From Candidatus Melainabacteria bacterium (GTDB lineage Bacteria; Cyanobacteriota; Vampirovibrionia; LMEP-6097), in NCBI GenBank assembly GCA_028817775.1, contig JAPPOW010000230.1, forward strand, positions 1 through 57,221: a DNA stretch of 57,221 nt, in the 5' to 3' direction. Below are positions 23,979-33,494 of the stretch, in pieces. How positions within the stretch are numbered: position 1 is the first letter of the stretch; the number at the start of each line of letters is the position of its first letter. The position numbers and the translations under genes are program-made. A model generated the notes under the pieces. The model made no database searches and had not been told where the DNA came from. It worked only from the letters and a program-made list of their open reading frames with translations.

Positions 23979-25696
23979 GGTTCTTTAGTCTTTTAGTCTT
24001 GCTCTGTGCATTGAGTGCTTGCTCAAGCCCCAAGCTAGATGCTTCGAAACCTGGTGGGGTATTGCGTCGTACCCATCTTGGTTCTGATCCCAAAACTTTA
24101 AACCCTTGGATTTCTGCTGATGCTGCAAGTTCAAGGTTTGCTTCTCTGCTTTATTTAGGTTTGGTGAGAACTGATCCAGATACTGATGAAGTAATGCCTT
24201 ATATGGCTGAGAGCTTTGAGCTTCGCAAGGGTGGTAAGTTGATTTTGGTCAAAATGCGTGAAGATCTAGAGTGGACTGATGGTGAACCAATTGATGCAGA
24301 AGATGTTGAGTATACCTGGAATACTTTGATCCGGGATGAAGTTGCACAAAGTTCGACCAAGGATATTCTTACTGTTGATGGTGAGTTTCCGCAAGTAACT
24401 TTGCTTGATAAATTTAATTTGCGTTTTGAAACCAAAGAAGTTTTTGCGCCGTTTTTGCGGAGTTTGAGTACTGCAATTGCACCAAAGCATGATGTAGAGC
24501 GCTTCTTAACAGAGAGTGGAGCCAAGACTCTGGAGGAGAAACAAAAAGCCTTCAATTCATATTTGAGTATCCAAACTAAGCCAGATGAGATTGTTAGTTC
24601 AGGACCATTTAAGCTCGATAAAATTATTCGTGGTGAGCGGATTGAAGTCAAACGCAATCCTAAGTTCTTTATTTTTGATGAGCAAGGACAGCGTCTACCT
24701 TATCTCGACAAGATAGTTTATTCCTATGTGCGTGATAGTACCGCCGATACTTTTAAGTTTCTAGCTGACGAAGCTTATATTCTAAGTGTCACTGCTCAAA
24801 ACAGTGCTTTGATTAAAACTCTAGAAGAGAAATATGATTTCTCTTTGCATGATGCTGGTCCCACTACTGGTACTAACTTTATTTGGTTCAATATGAGCAA
24901 GCATGTGCCTGAACCAAAATATTCTTGGTTTAATGATGAAAATTTCCGTAAGGCAATTTCTTATGCTATTGACCGGGAGAATATCGTTAACAACGTCTTT
25001 CAAGGTCTAGGAGCGCCTTTGTTCACTGCTGAATCTCTCAAGTCCCCATTTTTAAATGAAGAACTTGCTGATGGTCACCCGCGTGATATGGCTAAAGCCA
25101 AAAAATTATTAGAGGCTTCTGGTTTTAGTTTTCATACTAATAAAGATAGTGATGAACTTGAGTTGCATGATAAGCATGGCAACCGAGTTGAATTTAATTT
25201 ATTCACCAATGCTGGTAATCAAGAACGAGAATTTATTTCAGTTATCGTTATTAGCAATTTGCGTGAGCTTGGTATGAAAGTAAATTTCAAACTCTTGGAG
25301 TTTAATAATTTTGTTTCTCGTTTGATGTCGGGTAAGGATTATGAAGCTGGCATTATTGGGCTGACCGGTGGCAATGAACCAAATAGCGGCGCAAATGTTT
25401 GGCGCAGCGACGGGCGCTTGCATATGTTTGATGTTAAAGCCGGACAAGAGGGAGCTGTCACTCGTGATTGGGAGCGAGAACTCGATTCTTTATTTAGTAA
25501 GGCTGTGCAGACTATGGATTTTAAGGAGCGTAAGGTCTTCTATGATAGATTTCAGGAGATAATTTATGAGCACAATCCGATGATTTATATCGCCTCTCCA
25601 AAGCAATTAAGTGCTATCAAGCATAAGATTGCTGGTATCCGAAAGACCAAATATGGCGGTATGATGCCATATTTATATAAAGTGTATATCAAATAA
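23975..25696 (+). CDS. ABC transporter substrate-binding lipoprotein, family 5 (OppA/DppA-like)
   Basis: Lipobox LLCALSAC|S. Size and pattern (LDPW..., LVRTDPDT.EV.P.MAES, W.DGEP..A.DV.YTW) typical of SBP_bac_5. Confidence 0.8.
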   Translation: MRFFSLLVLLCALSACSSPKLDASKPGGVLRRTHLGSDPKTLNPWISADAASSRFASLLYLGLVRTDPDTDEVMPYMAESFELRKGGKLILVKMREDLEWTDGEPIDAEDVEYTWNTLIRDEVAQSSTKDILTVDGEFPQVTLLDKFNLRFETKEVFAPFLRSLSTAIAPKHDVERFLTESGAKTLEEKQKAFNSYLSIQTKPDEIVSSGPFKLDKIIRGERIEVKRNPKFFIFDEQGQRLPYLDKIVYSYVRDSTADTFKFLADEAYILSVTAQNSALIKTLEEKYDFSLHDAGPTTGTNFIWFNMSKHVPEPKYSWFNDENFRKAISYAIDRENIVNNVFQGLGAPLFTAESLKSPFLNEELADGHPRDMAKAKKLLEASGFSFHTNKDSDELELHDKHGNRVEFNLFTNAGNQEREFISVIVISNLRELGMKVNFKLLEFNNFVSRLMSGKDYEAGIIGLTGGNEPNSGANVWRSDGRLHMFDVKAGQEGAVTRDWERELDSLFSKAVQTMDFKERKVFYDRFQEIIYEHNPMIYIASPKQLSAIKHKIAGIRKTKYGGMMPYLYKVYIK

Positions 25697-25729
25697 CAAG
25701 GTAATATCACCTAAATGTGCTAAAATGTA

Positions 25730-26497
25730 TTGACGAATATGGTCTTAGGATTCAACTTCAGTGCTGGCGAAGCAGTACGAAGCGCGGTTGATGCATTTCG
25801 TAATGAGGCCCTGGCAAAAATACCCGGATATAGTTCGATGGCTACTCTCTACCGTCGGGTTAAAGCACGGCAGGGTATGGAAGGACCTAAACATGCTGGC
25901 AATACTGTAGATGAGAGTGAGTTTAATAGTGCTAGAAGAAAAATTGAATCGGAGATTGGGGGTAGCCTCAATCCATTTAAGTGGATGTGGAATGCAGTGC
26001 AAACTGTCATTGGTAATACCAAGAGTGAGCGTATTGCAACAGCAGTTAGGAATTTTGAATCTTATTCGCACCAGTATGAGGCTTATAAATTTGCACACAA
26101 GGCACAAAAATTCTTACTGACGGAATTAGAACGGCGGGTCAGCAATATTGAAAGCTATGGATCTAAATTTGTTGGTACCAAGAATAAACATGTTGCCAGT
26201 GATCCGGTGCTTAGTTCACTCAAATCAGCAATTAAATCTTGGCTGGAACCGTTCAATCGAATTGCCCATGGTGAAGTGAAGGAGGTTGGCAAGCTCACTG
26301 AGTCTGATCTCAAGTTCTTGATGAATATTCGCGATCGAATTCGTTATAGCTCCAAAGCTAGATACCTAGAGGATTTGTTGCCTGAATATGAAACTACAAT
26401 TCAAGCAGCAAGACAATCAGTTTATAGTACTAAACCAGCTCTTAATCAAGGACAACGCCAAGTTGGGGAGCACTTAGCTAAACAAATGGGGGTCTAA
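25730..26497 (+). CDS. Hypothetical protein
   Basis: ORF only. Start uncertain (TTG 25730 or ATG 25739). Helical, no signal peptide. Confidence 0.45.
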   Translation: MTNMVLGFNFSAGEAVRSAVDAFRNEALAKIPGYSSMATLYRRVKARQGMEGPKHAGNTVDESEFNSARRKIESEIGGSLNPFKWMWNAVQTVIGNTKSERIATAVRNFESYSHQYEAYKFAHKAQKFLLTELERRVSNIESYGSKFVGTKNKHVASDPVLSSLKSAIKSWLEPFNRIAHGEVKEVGKLTESDLKFLMNIRDRIRYSSKARYLEDLLPEYETTIQAARQSVYSTKPALNQGQRQVGEHLAKQMGV

Positions 26498-26859
26498 CAG
26501 CTTTTGTCTAAGAGCTTAGTAAGCTCACGCTCAAGCTCTTGATAGCTTAGCTGAGTCTCAGCAGTCAAAGATTTCTTAGGACCAATCACTACTAAGCCAT
26601 GAGCTTTAAGAGCTTCACCATGCTCTAATCTGTAGAGACGATAGATCTCACGTAATTGCCTACGTAGACGATTACGCTTTACTGCTGACTTGGAATAATT
26701 CTTGGAGATGGCAAAACCTACATAAGGTAGCTTGTCTTGATGAGTTTCTCTAGTTTTAGTGAAATTGAGTTTAAGATTAGCAGAATATAAGGACTTGCCC
26801 TTTTGGTAAGCCTGCTTAAAAAGACCAGAGTATTTTAGTCTTTCATCTCGTCCTAACAT
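26494..26859 (-). CDS. rnpA: Ribonuclease P protein component
   Basis: MLGRDERLKYSGLFKQ...FAISKNYSKSAVKRNRLRRQLREIYR: RnpA RNR motif. Located downstream of rpmH. The ORF-track N-terminal extension runs toward repeat B4. Confidence 0.88.
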   Translation of the reverse strand: MLGRDERLKYSGLFKQAYQKGKSLYSANLKLNFTKTRETHQDKLPYVGFAISKNYSKSAVKRNRLRRQLREIYRLYRLEHGEALKAHGLVVIGPKKSLTAETQLSYQELERELTKLLDKSC

Positions 26860-26872
26860 AATGATAATTATA

Positions 26873-27000
26873 ACCTTTCTGTAGGGCACAAGAACGAGGC
26901 ATGCGAGCTAAGAAAACAGCAGGTTTTCTTAGTTTACCCGAAGTTTATTTCCATAAATGAGGGCGAGCATAACAAAGTTATTGGGCTCTACAGAAAGGTT
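26873..27000 (+). repeat. Family-B structured repeat (B4) filling the rpmH-rnpA intergenic space
   Basis: AACCTTTCTGTAGGGC...CAAGAACGAGGCATGCGAGCTAAGAAAACAGCAGGTTTTCTTAGTTTACCCGAAGTTTATTTCCATAAATGAGGGCGAGCATAACAAAGTTATTGGG...GCTCTACAGAAAGGTT. Confidence 0.8.
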
Positions 27001-27133
27001 ATAGGCTGATTTTTTTGCGTCCGCGTGCACGTCTGCGTGCAAGAACTTTACGGCCGCCAGGGCTGGCCATTCTGGCACGAAAACCACTGGTTCTTTTGCG
27101 TTTTCTTTGCGATCCACGTAAAGTCATTTTCAT
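26999..27133 (-). CDS. rpmH: 50S ribosomal protein L34
   Basis: [44 protein letters not shown]: canonical L34. Start at ATG 27133, not the ORF-track 27181. Confidence 0.93.
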   Translation of the reverse strand: MKMTLRGSQRKRKRTSGFRARMASPGGRKVLARRRARGRKKISL

Positions 27134-27166
27134 AGCGTCAGAAATTGTAGCATAATAGCTATTGTG

Positions 27167-28597
27167 ATGGCTCGTGCCCAAAATCAGTTTAATTTAAATC
27201 CAGCCCAGGCAACAATGCTCAGTTTTACAGTTTTGTGCTTAATTGGCGCTGTTTTGTTGGCTTTGCCTATTGCTAACGCCGACGGGCAGTGGCGGGACTG
27301 GGTTTCTGCCCTCTTTATGTCCACTAGTTCAGTCTGTGTCACTGGGCTCTCCGTGACCCAATTGGGCAGCGATTTCACAATTTGGGGACAATTAATAATC
27401 CTCATTTTAATTCAAATAGGTGGTCTCAGCTATATGACCATTACTACCATCCTTATCTATATGACCGGTAAGCGTCTCTCATATAGTGATTCCAAAATTT
27501 TTGACATGTCCAACAATAGTGATACTCGAATCGACTTTGCTGGTTTTGTGATCAAGATTGGTCTACTGACATTTACTATTGAAGCTTTGGGGGTGCTGGC
27601 ACTATTGCCTAACTCGCTAGAAGTGACTGGTTTTAATCCGACTGATCTTTCTAGCTTTGCACTCGGTTTGTTTGACGCAGTTTTCCATTCGGTCTCAGCA
27701 TTTTGTAACGCTGGACTCAGTCTCTACCAGAATAGTCTTGAAGGTTTTCGTGATAATTACTGGGTGCTGTGGGTATTTTCTTTCTTACCGATTCTTGGTG
27801 GACTTGGTTATACCGTGCTCAATGAATTGTTTACTTGGTATCAAGCCTGGGCAGCTGATAAATCAACTAAGTTTAGACCAAGCTTGCATACCCGGGTATC
27901 ACTTTGGTTGACTGGTTCACTGCTTGTGCTTGGAGTATTGATTCAATTGGCTTTGATCTACGCCCAGAATCCAGAACATATCATTATCATCAATAATGGT
28001 GAGCAGATCGTTAGTCAATATCAACCGCAAAGTCAGCTTGATGCTTGGTGGGTATCTTTTTTCCAGTCTTGTGCAGCTCGTTCTTCTGGTTTCAATTCAA
28101 TTCCACTGCGTGAGCTCGGTGATCCTTCTTTGATGCTCTTGATCATTTGGATGTTTATTGGTGCTTGTCCTGGTGGTACTGGTGGTGGTATTAAGGTCAC
28201 TACTTTAGCTGTAGTGGGTGCAGTGATGTGGTCTGGACTCAAGGGTGATGAGACCAAAATCTTCAACCGTTCAATCAAGCCGCTCTACCAAAAACGAGCA
28301 TTGATTGTATTTATTTCCACTGGGGTGATGATTCTCTTCTTTAGTTGGTTGATTAATATTTTTGAAAGTGGTGGTAGCATGCGCTATATTGATCAATTGT
28401 TTGAAGTGGTTTCCGGTTTCACTACTGTAGGGCTCTCTACTGGCATCACAGCTGAATTGAGCTCGCCTTCTTTATTAGTACTTTGTCTCTGCATGCTTAT
28501 TGGAAGACCGGGTCCACTACTATTCTTAATGGCGCTAATCACCGAGGATATCTACACCAAACCTAAATATCCTGAGGAAGGTATACTTATTGGATAA
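27167..28597 (+). CDS. TrkH/KtrB-family potassium transporter membrane subunit
   Basis: Four pore-loop-like segments ([36 protein letters not shown]) plus GGGIKVTT. Start ATG 27167 (GTG 27164 also possible). Confidence 0.88.
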   Translation: MARAQNQFNLNPAQATMLSFTVLCLIGAVLLALPIANADGQWRDWVSALFMSTSSVCVTGLSVTQLGSDFTIWGQLIILILIQIGGLSYMTITTILIYMTGKRLSYSDSKIFDMSNNSDTRIDFAGFVIKIGLLTFTIEALGVLALLPNSLEVTGFNPTDLSSFALGLFDAVFHSVSAFCNAGLSLYQNSLEGFRDNYWVLWVFSFLPILGGLGYTVLNELFTWYQAWAADKSTKFRPSLHTRVSLWLTGSLLVLGVLIQLALIYAQNPEHIIIINNGEQIVSQYQPQSQLDAWWVSFFQSCAARSSGFNSIPLRELGDPSLMLLIIWMFIGACPGGTGGGIKVTTLAVVGAVMWSGLKGDETKIFNRSIKPLYQKRALIVFISTGVMILFFSWLINIFESGGSMRYIDQLFEVVSGFTTVGLSTGITAELSSPSLLVLCLCMLIGRPGPLLFLMALITEDIYTKPKYPEEGILIG

Positions 28598-29725
28598 ATG
28601 AAAAAAGACGAGAAGCTCACTGAAATAATGTTCAAGTCGCTAGCCAAGGACCCCGGGCTTGCTAGCCGTGAGGAGTGGGACAAAGCTGGTGATTGGGCAG
28701 TGGAGATGCGCTTCTTTCCTCATGCGCTGAGCTGTTACCAGATGGCTGCTGAAATTAAGAAAGATGAACCAATTCTCGTCAAAATTAATGACACTGTCGA
28801 CAAGATTACTAATGTACTTGAGTTTGTACCAGAACGGCTTAAAGCTCCACTGGAAGAAATTCGTTTGAGTAATCCACTTGATCCAAGTAAGTGGTTAGCT
28901 ATTTCTAATTCATTACTTAAAGAAGCGACTGAAGCAATGAATAAGGGCAGTCAGCCAGCAGAGGATTTGATGGAAGCTTCTCAATTTGCACTCGCCTTTG
29001 GCGCCTACTGTGCAGTGCGCTCAGGTAATGATATTGAACCAATTAATGGCTTACTGAGAGATTTGATTTTACCGGTAGATTTAAATTCATGGCAGAGTCC
29101 TAAGCTTGATCTTAAGTCAATTGATAAGGATCAAATTAGAGTAGTAGCACTTGGTGACAATGTGACTCTGGGTCTTAATAGTGACTGGGGTATTAATTTC
29201 CAGGAGACTTATCACTATCTTTGGTCACAAGCCAGCGGCAAGCAGGTTTCTTTAGCCAACAATGCCATCTCTGGAGCTGGTTTGCTTGACTTGGCTCTCT
29301 ATCTTGGTAGAGACGCGATTTATTTCAAGCCTGATATCGCTTTGATTAATTTTGGTATCAATGATGTTTGGTTGGGTCCTGATATTGTTCATGCTTATGA
29401 GGTTTTGCTTGAGCTTTGCGTCAAACTACTAGAGCGCAACGGTATTAAGCCAGTGATCATTACCCCAATCCCGCATATCGCCTCAGCTTGTCCTGAAGAG
29501 CAAAGACCAAATGATATTGATGTAGTTGATCTCGATACCCGTAATTTTGCTGATGCTTGCATCAGGGTCGCAGCCCGTACTGGTACAGTATTAGCCAATG
29601 CCTATAATAAATTCCCGCAGGATGAGACTCAGCGTAAAGAATATCTCGAGAATGGTTTCAATCAACCGAATCTTGCTGGGCAGCAATTAATCAAAGCAGC
29701 TCTCGATGAGGTCACTATAGCTTGA
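28598..29725 (+). CDS. Two-domain protein: helical N-terminal domain plus SGNH/GDSL-fold domain lacking the catalytic triad
   Basis: Block I reads ALGDNVT (Ser to Asn). Block II NNAISGAG and block III FGINDVW are intact. Block V reads ENGFNQPNLAGQQLI where DGxHPNxxGhxxiA is expected (Asp and His both Asn). The ATG directly abuts the ktrB-like stop (TAA-ATG). Confidence 0.65.
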   Translation: MKKDEKLTEIMFKSLAKDPGLASREEWDKAGDWAVEMRFFPHALSCYQMAAEIKKDEPILVKINDTVDKITNVLEFVPERLKAPLEEIRLSNPLDPSKWLAISNSLLKEATEAMNKGSQPAEDLMEASQFALAFGAYCAVRSGNDIEPINGLLRDLILPVDLNSWQSPKLDLKSIDKDQIRVVALGDNVTLGLNSDWGINFQETYHYLWSQASGKQVSLANNAISGAGLLDLALYLGRDAIYFKPDIALINFGINDVWLGPDIVHAYEVLLELCVKLLERNGIKPVIITPIPHIASACPEEQRPNDIDVVDLDTRNFADACIRVAARTGTVLANAYNKFPQDETQRKEYLENGFNQPNLAGQQLIKAALDEVTIA

Positions 29726-31074
29726 AAACTAAAGTAATTGCAATGGCTCATGGACCTTACGCTATTGCTAAGGAAGATGGGGTGATATTTATTGAGAATG
29801 CTTGTCCTGGAGATGAGCTTGAGTTAGAAATCTATGATCAGCGAAAGGATTTTGCTTATGCCCATATTATTGAGTTGCTCGAAGCTAGTGAGCTGCGCGC
29901 GCCTGAGCCACCATGTAAGATTCATAAGATCTGCGGCTCTTGTCAGTGGCAACATATTCAATATGATGAACAATTAAAATTCAAGCAGCAAAATTTAACT
30001 GATTTGATTCCGGGCGTTGAGACTCCAGCAATTGTTGGCATGGATGAACCTTGGAATTTCCGTAACAAAATTACTTACCCAGTCGAAGTGGTTGGCAAAA
30101 CTGGACGGGTCAAAGCAGGATATTTCAAGCGTAATAGTAATGAACTAATTAATGTCAAACACTGTCCTATACAGTATTCTATCTTTGATGAGATTATGGA
30201 TGCGCTTAAAGAACAAATGTCTACTCGAGGCTATCCTGATAAACTAATTCGCCATATTATGCTGCGCTCTAATATTGATCAGAGTGAGATCTTGCTCTGT
30301 GTGGTGCTTAGAGAGTCAATGCTTGATAAAGAATTTCGCAATAAGCTTCGGGTTGATCTAAACAAGATTCAAGAAAAATTTCCACAGATTGTTACGACTA
30401 GTATTAATTACAATGATCTTTCTACCAATGTAATTCTTGGACAGAAGACTGAAGTGCATAATGGTCCAGGATATATCACCGAGACTTTTGGCGGTATCAA
30501 ATTAGAAATCTCGACTACTAGTTTTTTTCAGGTTAATACCAAGCAGTTTCTCAAAATTGTTGAGCAAATCAAGTCTGCCATCCTGAGGACCCTGAGCGAA
30601 GAGAAGGGGACGTCAGGATCCCATAAACTTTTGGATCTCTATTGTGGTATTGGTACTATCTCGCTGAGTCTAGCTAAGGCAATCCCTGAGCTTGATATCA
30701 CTGGTATTGAACTGGTTGAGTCAGCGGTTGAAAATGCAAAAAAGAATGCTGAAATTAACCAAATTTCCACTGCAAAGTTTATTCATGGCAAGGTAGAAGA
30801 CCTTGCTTCCCCAGAGCCCTCAGCTCAGAGCCCTCAGCCCTATGACATTGTCATAGTGAATCCGCCACGAAAAGGCTGTACTAATAAAGTACTTAATGAT
30901 TTGGGGCAATTAAAATTTAAGCAGTTAATTTATGTGAGCTGTAATCCTAGTACTCTAGCCCGTGATGCTAAGCATTTAGAGCAGTTTGGTTTTAAAATTC
31001 AATCCTTGCAGGGCTTTGATATGTTTCCGCATTCGTTTCACTTTGAAACACTTGCCGTTTTGACGCGTGAGTAG
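29722..31074 (+). CDS. rlmD: 23S rRNA (uracil-5-)-methyltransferase, RumA/RlmD type (TRAM + 4Fe-4S + SAM MTase)
   Basis: CKIHKICGSCQWQH Cys cluster, FFQVN, LDLYCGIGTISL, VNPPRKG, YVSCNPSTLARD, FDMFPHSFHFE. Contains an in-frame family-A repeat at 30577-30622. Confidence 0.85.
   Translation: MKTKVIAMAHGPYAIAKEDGVIFIENACPGDELELEIYDQRKDFAYAHIIELLEASELRAPEPPCKIHKICGSCQWQHIQYDEQLKFKQQNLTDLIPGVETPAIVGMDEPWNFRNKITYPVEVVGKTGRVKAGYFKRNSNELINVKHCPIQYSIFDEIMDALKEQMSTRGYPDKLIRHIMLRSNIDQSEILLCVVLRESMLDKEFRNKLRVDLNKIQEKFPQIVTTSINYNDLSTNVILGQKTEVHNGPGYITETFGGIKLEISTTSFFQVNTKQFLKIVEQIKSAILRTLSEEKGTSGSHKLLDLYCGIGTISLSLAKAIPELDITGIELVESAVENAKKNAEINQISTAKFIHGKVEDLASPEPSAQSPQPYDIVIVNPPRKGCTNKVLNDLGQLKFKQLIYVSCNPSTLARDAKHLEQFGFKIQSLQGFDMFPHSFHFETLAVLTRE
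30577..30622 (+). repeat. Family-A hairpin element (A6) translated in-frame inside the rlmD-like gene
   Basis: GCCATCCTGAGGACCCTGAGCGAAGAGAAGGGGACGTCAGGATCCC, encoding AILRTLSEEKGTSGS just upstream of the SAM-binding LDLYCGIG motif. Confidence 0.75.
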
Positions 31075-32048
31075 ACTTCAAAGCTGAATTCACTAGTATC
31101 TGAACGTTTGAAGTAACCTGCTGAAGCTACCATCGCAGCATTGTCAGTGCAGTACTTCAGTGACGGTACCACTAACTCAAAGCCTTCCCCGCCAAACTTG
31201 TCGTGGAAGATTGCCCTTACTGCGCTATTGGCTGAAACCCCGCCAGCAAGTACGATCTTGGTAATCCCAGTCTCCTCACTGGCTGCTAAAGTCTTACGGT
31301 AAAATGTTTGCGCAACTGTTTGCTGGAAAGATTTAGCGATCACTACTTTGTCTCTCTCCCAAACTTCATCACCAATTTTTTCTTTGACCCTAAGCACCGC
31401 TGTCTTGAGTCCAGAGAAACTAAAGTTGAGAGATTTTGGCATTGCTACCGGGAATTTATACTCTGCTGGCACTTCAGCTTCACAAGAACTGGCTAATTTA
31501 TCTAAGTGTGGTCCACCGGGATAAGGCAAGCCCATCAATCTTGCTACCTTATCAAAGGCTTCTCCAGCAGCATCATCTACTGTCTCAGCCAAAATATTCA
31601 TCTTAGTATATGACTGCATCTCAATGATTTGAGTATGACCACCACTAGCTAGCATACAAAGTAAGGGCGGTTCTAAATCAGAATCAATAAAGTTAGCGCA
31701 GACATGACCATGTAAATGATTTACTTCAATCAAATCTTTGCCGTAAATCCATGCAAGAACCTTGGCAAAATTAGCGCCAACCATTAATGATCCCACTAGT
31801 CCAGGCCCTGAGCTGACTGCAATAGCATCGATATCTTCAATTTGATAATCACAATCCTTAAACAACTCAGCCATCAAATCATTAATAGCTTCAAGGTGTA
31901 AACGAGAAGCAAGCTCTGGGATCACACCACCCCAATCTTTGTGTTTGGCAATCTGACTCAATACTTTATTAGCGTGAACCTTGCGCCCATCCTCAACAAT
32001 TGCTAAAGCTGTTTCGTCGCAGCTGGTTTCCACTCCCAATACAAGCAT
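31038..32048 (-). CDS. tsaD: tRNA N6-adenosine threonylcarbamoyltransferase
   Basis: MLVLGVETSCDETALAIV, GVIPELASRLH, SGPGLVGSL, HLHGH, SGGHTQ, LAGGVSAN: full TsaD/Kae1 pattern. The 3' end overlaps the convergent rlmD-like gene by 37 nt. Confidence 0.93.
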   Translation of the reverse strand: MLVLGVETSCDETALAIVEDGRKVHANKVLSQIAKHKDWGGVIPELASRLHLEAINDLMAELFKDCDYQIEDIDAIAVSSGPGLVGSLMVGANFAKVLAWIYGKDLIEVNHLHGHVCANFIDSDLEPPLLCMLASGGHTQIIEMQSYTKMNILAETVDDAAGEAFDKVARLMGLPYPGGPHLDKLASSCEAEVPAEYKFPVAMPKSLNFSFSGLKTAVLRVKEKIGDEVWERDKVVIAKSFQQTVAQTFYRKTLAASEETGITKIVLAGGVSANSAVRAIFHDKFGGEGFELVVPSLKYCTDNAAMVASAGYFKRSDTSEFSFEVYSRVKTASVSK

Positions 32049-32372
32049 CTATTGCACCTCTAAAGTTATGTAATCTTGCAAAGCTTCATACTTAGCTTCA
32101 CCAATTCCAGGAACACGTTTGAGCTCCTCAATACTATTAAATCTGCCGTTATTCTTGCGATCATCAATGATACGCTGAGCCAAAGCTGGCCCAATCCCGG
32201 GTAAATTATCAAACTCACGCCAATTAGCTAGATTGAGATTGATTTTATATACCTTAAGCTCATCAGTCTTAGTCTCAATGGCATAATGCTCGAATTTATA
32301 ATCACGACTAAAGTAAATGCCGACAGCAAAGAAAATACTGAACGCTAAGATTACTAAAGAAATCTTTTTCAT
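32049..32372 (-). CDS. comEA: ComEA-like helix-hairpin-helix DNA-binding protein
   Basis: N-terminal TM anchor (MKKISLVILAFSIFFAV), then INLNLANWREFDNLPGIGPALAQRIIDDR...FNSIEELKRVPGIGEAKYEAL. Start ATG 32372 overlaps the upstream stop (ATGA). Confidence 0.8.
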   Translation of the reverse strand: MKKISLVILAFSIFFAVGIYFSRDYKFEHYAIETKTDELKVYKINLNLANWREFDNLPGIGPALAQRIIDDRKNNGRFNSIEELKRVPGIGEAKYEALQDYITLEVQ

Positions 32373-33331
32373 GCTGGACTCAGAGTCCCAACCGACATCA
32401 TTTTTTGGCATTGTTCTAAATATCTAACGATTTGAGAACCGTTGCTACCATCACTAGTAGGTACTGCTTTGTTCTCAATACAATCTAAGAAATGCTTACA
32501 CTCAAGACGAAGTGGCTCATCATTGGCATAGACTGGTTTCTCAACAGTCAGAGAACCATCAGCATTACGGCTATATAACTCCAACTTATTTTCCTTGAAT
32601 ACATCATTCAAAACAGCAGTCTTCTTACTACCATTTACCGTAAGCAAAGCTTGTTTCTGTGGATCTAACCAACTGTTGTGAATATGACCACCAATATTAT
32701 TCGGGAATACCAAATCTACGTGAACTACATCCACGACAGCATCATTTGCACTTGCCCAAGCACGTACCGATAAAATATCCTCTGGTTCTGCAGAAAGTAA
32801 ATAGGCCATCATTGATAAATCGTGAGGAGCTAAATCCCACATAACGTTTGAATCACGTCTGTGATTAGGGTTAAAGTTACGACGGTCAGAATTGATATAG
32901 TTGATCTCACCAAGCTCACCAGATTCAATTAAAGTCTTGAGCTTGTTAACAGCTGGATGATACAAAAGTAAATGACCAACCATCAAAACCAAATCGTTTT
33001 CCTGAGCAATACTGTGTAACTCCTCAGCTTCATTAAAGTTCTGAGCCAATGGCTTCTCAACGTAAACATTCTTGCCAGCAAGTAATGCTTGATGAGCTAA
33101 CTGATAATGAGTGCTCGATGGAGTTGCAATTACTAAACCATCAAAATCTTTGCTCAATAAGTCATTAAAATTATCAATACATTCAACTTGGGGATGATTT
33201 CTTTGGATAAACTCTATAGTCTCAGGATTGCGGTCGCATGCATACGCCAAGACTCCTAGTTCGCTAAAATTTCGAACAAGGTTTTTACCCCAGTGGCCGC
33301 AACCTACAATAGCTATTTGCACAGCACCCAT
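32369..33331 (-). CDS. Gfo/Idh/MocA-family NAD(P)-dependent oxidoreductase
   Basis: IAIVGCGHWGKN Rossmann start and EKPLA motif. Start ATG 33331 (MGAVQIAIVG). The ORF-track extension (..AVANEDS..) is simply read-through of repeat B5. Confidence 0.8.
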   Translation of the reverse strand: MGAVQIAIVGCGHWGKNLVRNFSELGVLAYACDRNPETIEFIQRNHPQVECIDNFNDLLSKDFDGLVIATPSSTHYQLAHQALLAGKNVYVEKPLAQNFNEAEELHSIAQENDLVLMVGHLLLYHPAVNKLKTLIESGELGEINYINSDRRNFNPNHRRDSNVMWDLAPHDLSMMAYLLSAEPEDILSVRAWASANDAVVDVVHVDLVFPNNIGGHIHNSWLDPQKQALLTVNGSKKTAVLNDVFKENKLELYSRNADGSLTVEKPVYANDEPLRLECKHFLDCIENKAVPTSDGSNGSQIVRYLEQCQKMMSVGTLSPA

Positions 33332-33335
33332 AATA

Positions 33336-33467
33336 GCAAATTGGCTTACTTTATAAGGTTCAATAGCTTTGTTATTTGAGTCCTCATTGGCTACAGCCAA
33401 CTTCGGACCCGCCCATTCTGGGCTTCAAATGCCTCGCTCTTGAACCTTTTAAAGCAAGCCGAATTGC
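33336..33467 (-). repeat. Family-B structured repeat (B5, reverse orientation), 5 bp upstream of the oxidoreductase start
   Basis: Reverse complement contains CAAGAGCGAGGCATTTGAAGCCCAGAATGGGCGGGTCCGAAGTTGGCTGTAGCCAATGAGGACTCAAATAACAAAGCTATTG. About 26-bp imperfect outer stem. Confidence 0.8.
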
Positions 33468-33494
33468 CCATAACTAAGGGCTAACAGGTTATGA

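Noticed and set aside
30812-30839. 14-bp direct duplication CAGAGCCCTCAGCT/CAGAGCCCTCAGCC inside the rlmD-like gene (encoding PEPSAQSPQP)
   Set aside because: It is a small slippage-type duplication in a linker before the VNPPRKG motif. The reading frame is preserved and there is nothing further to interpret.
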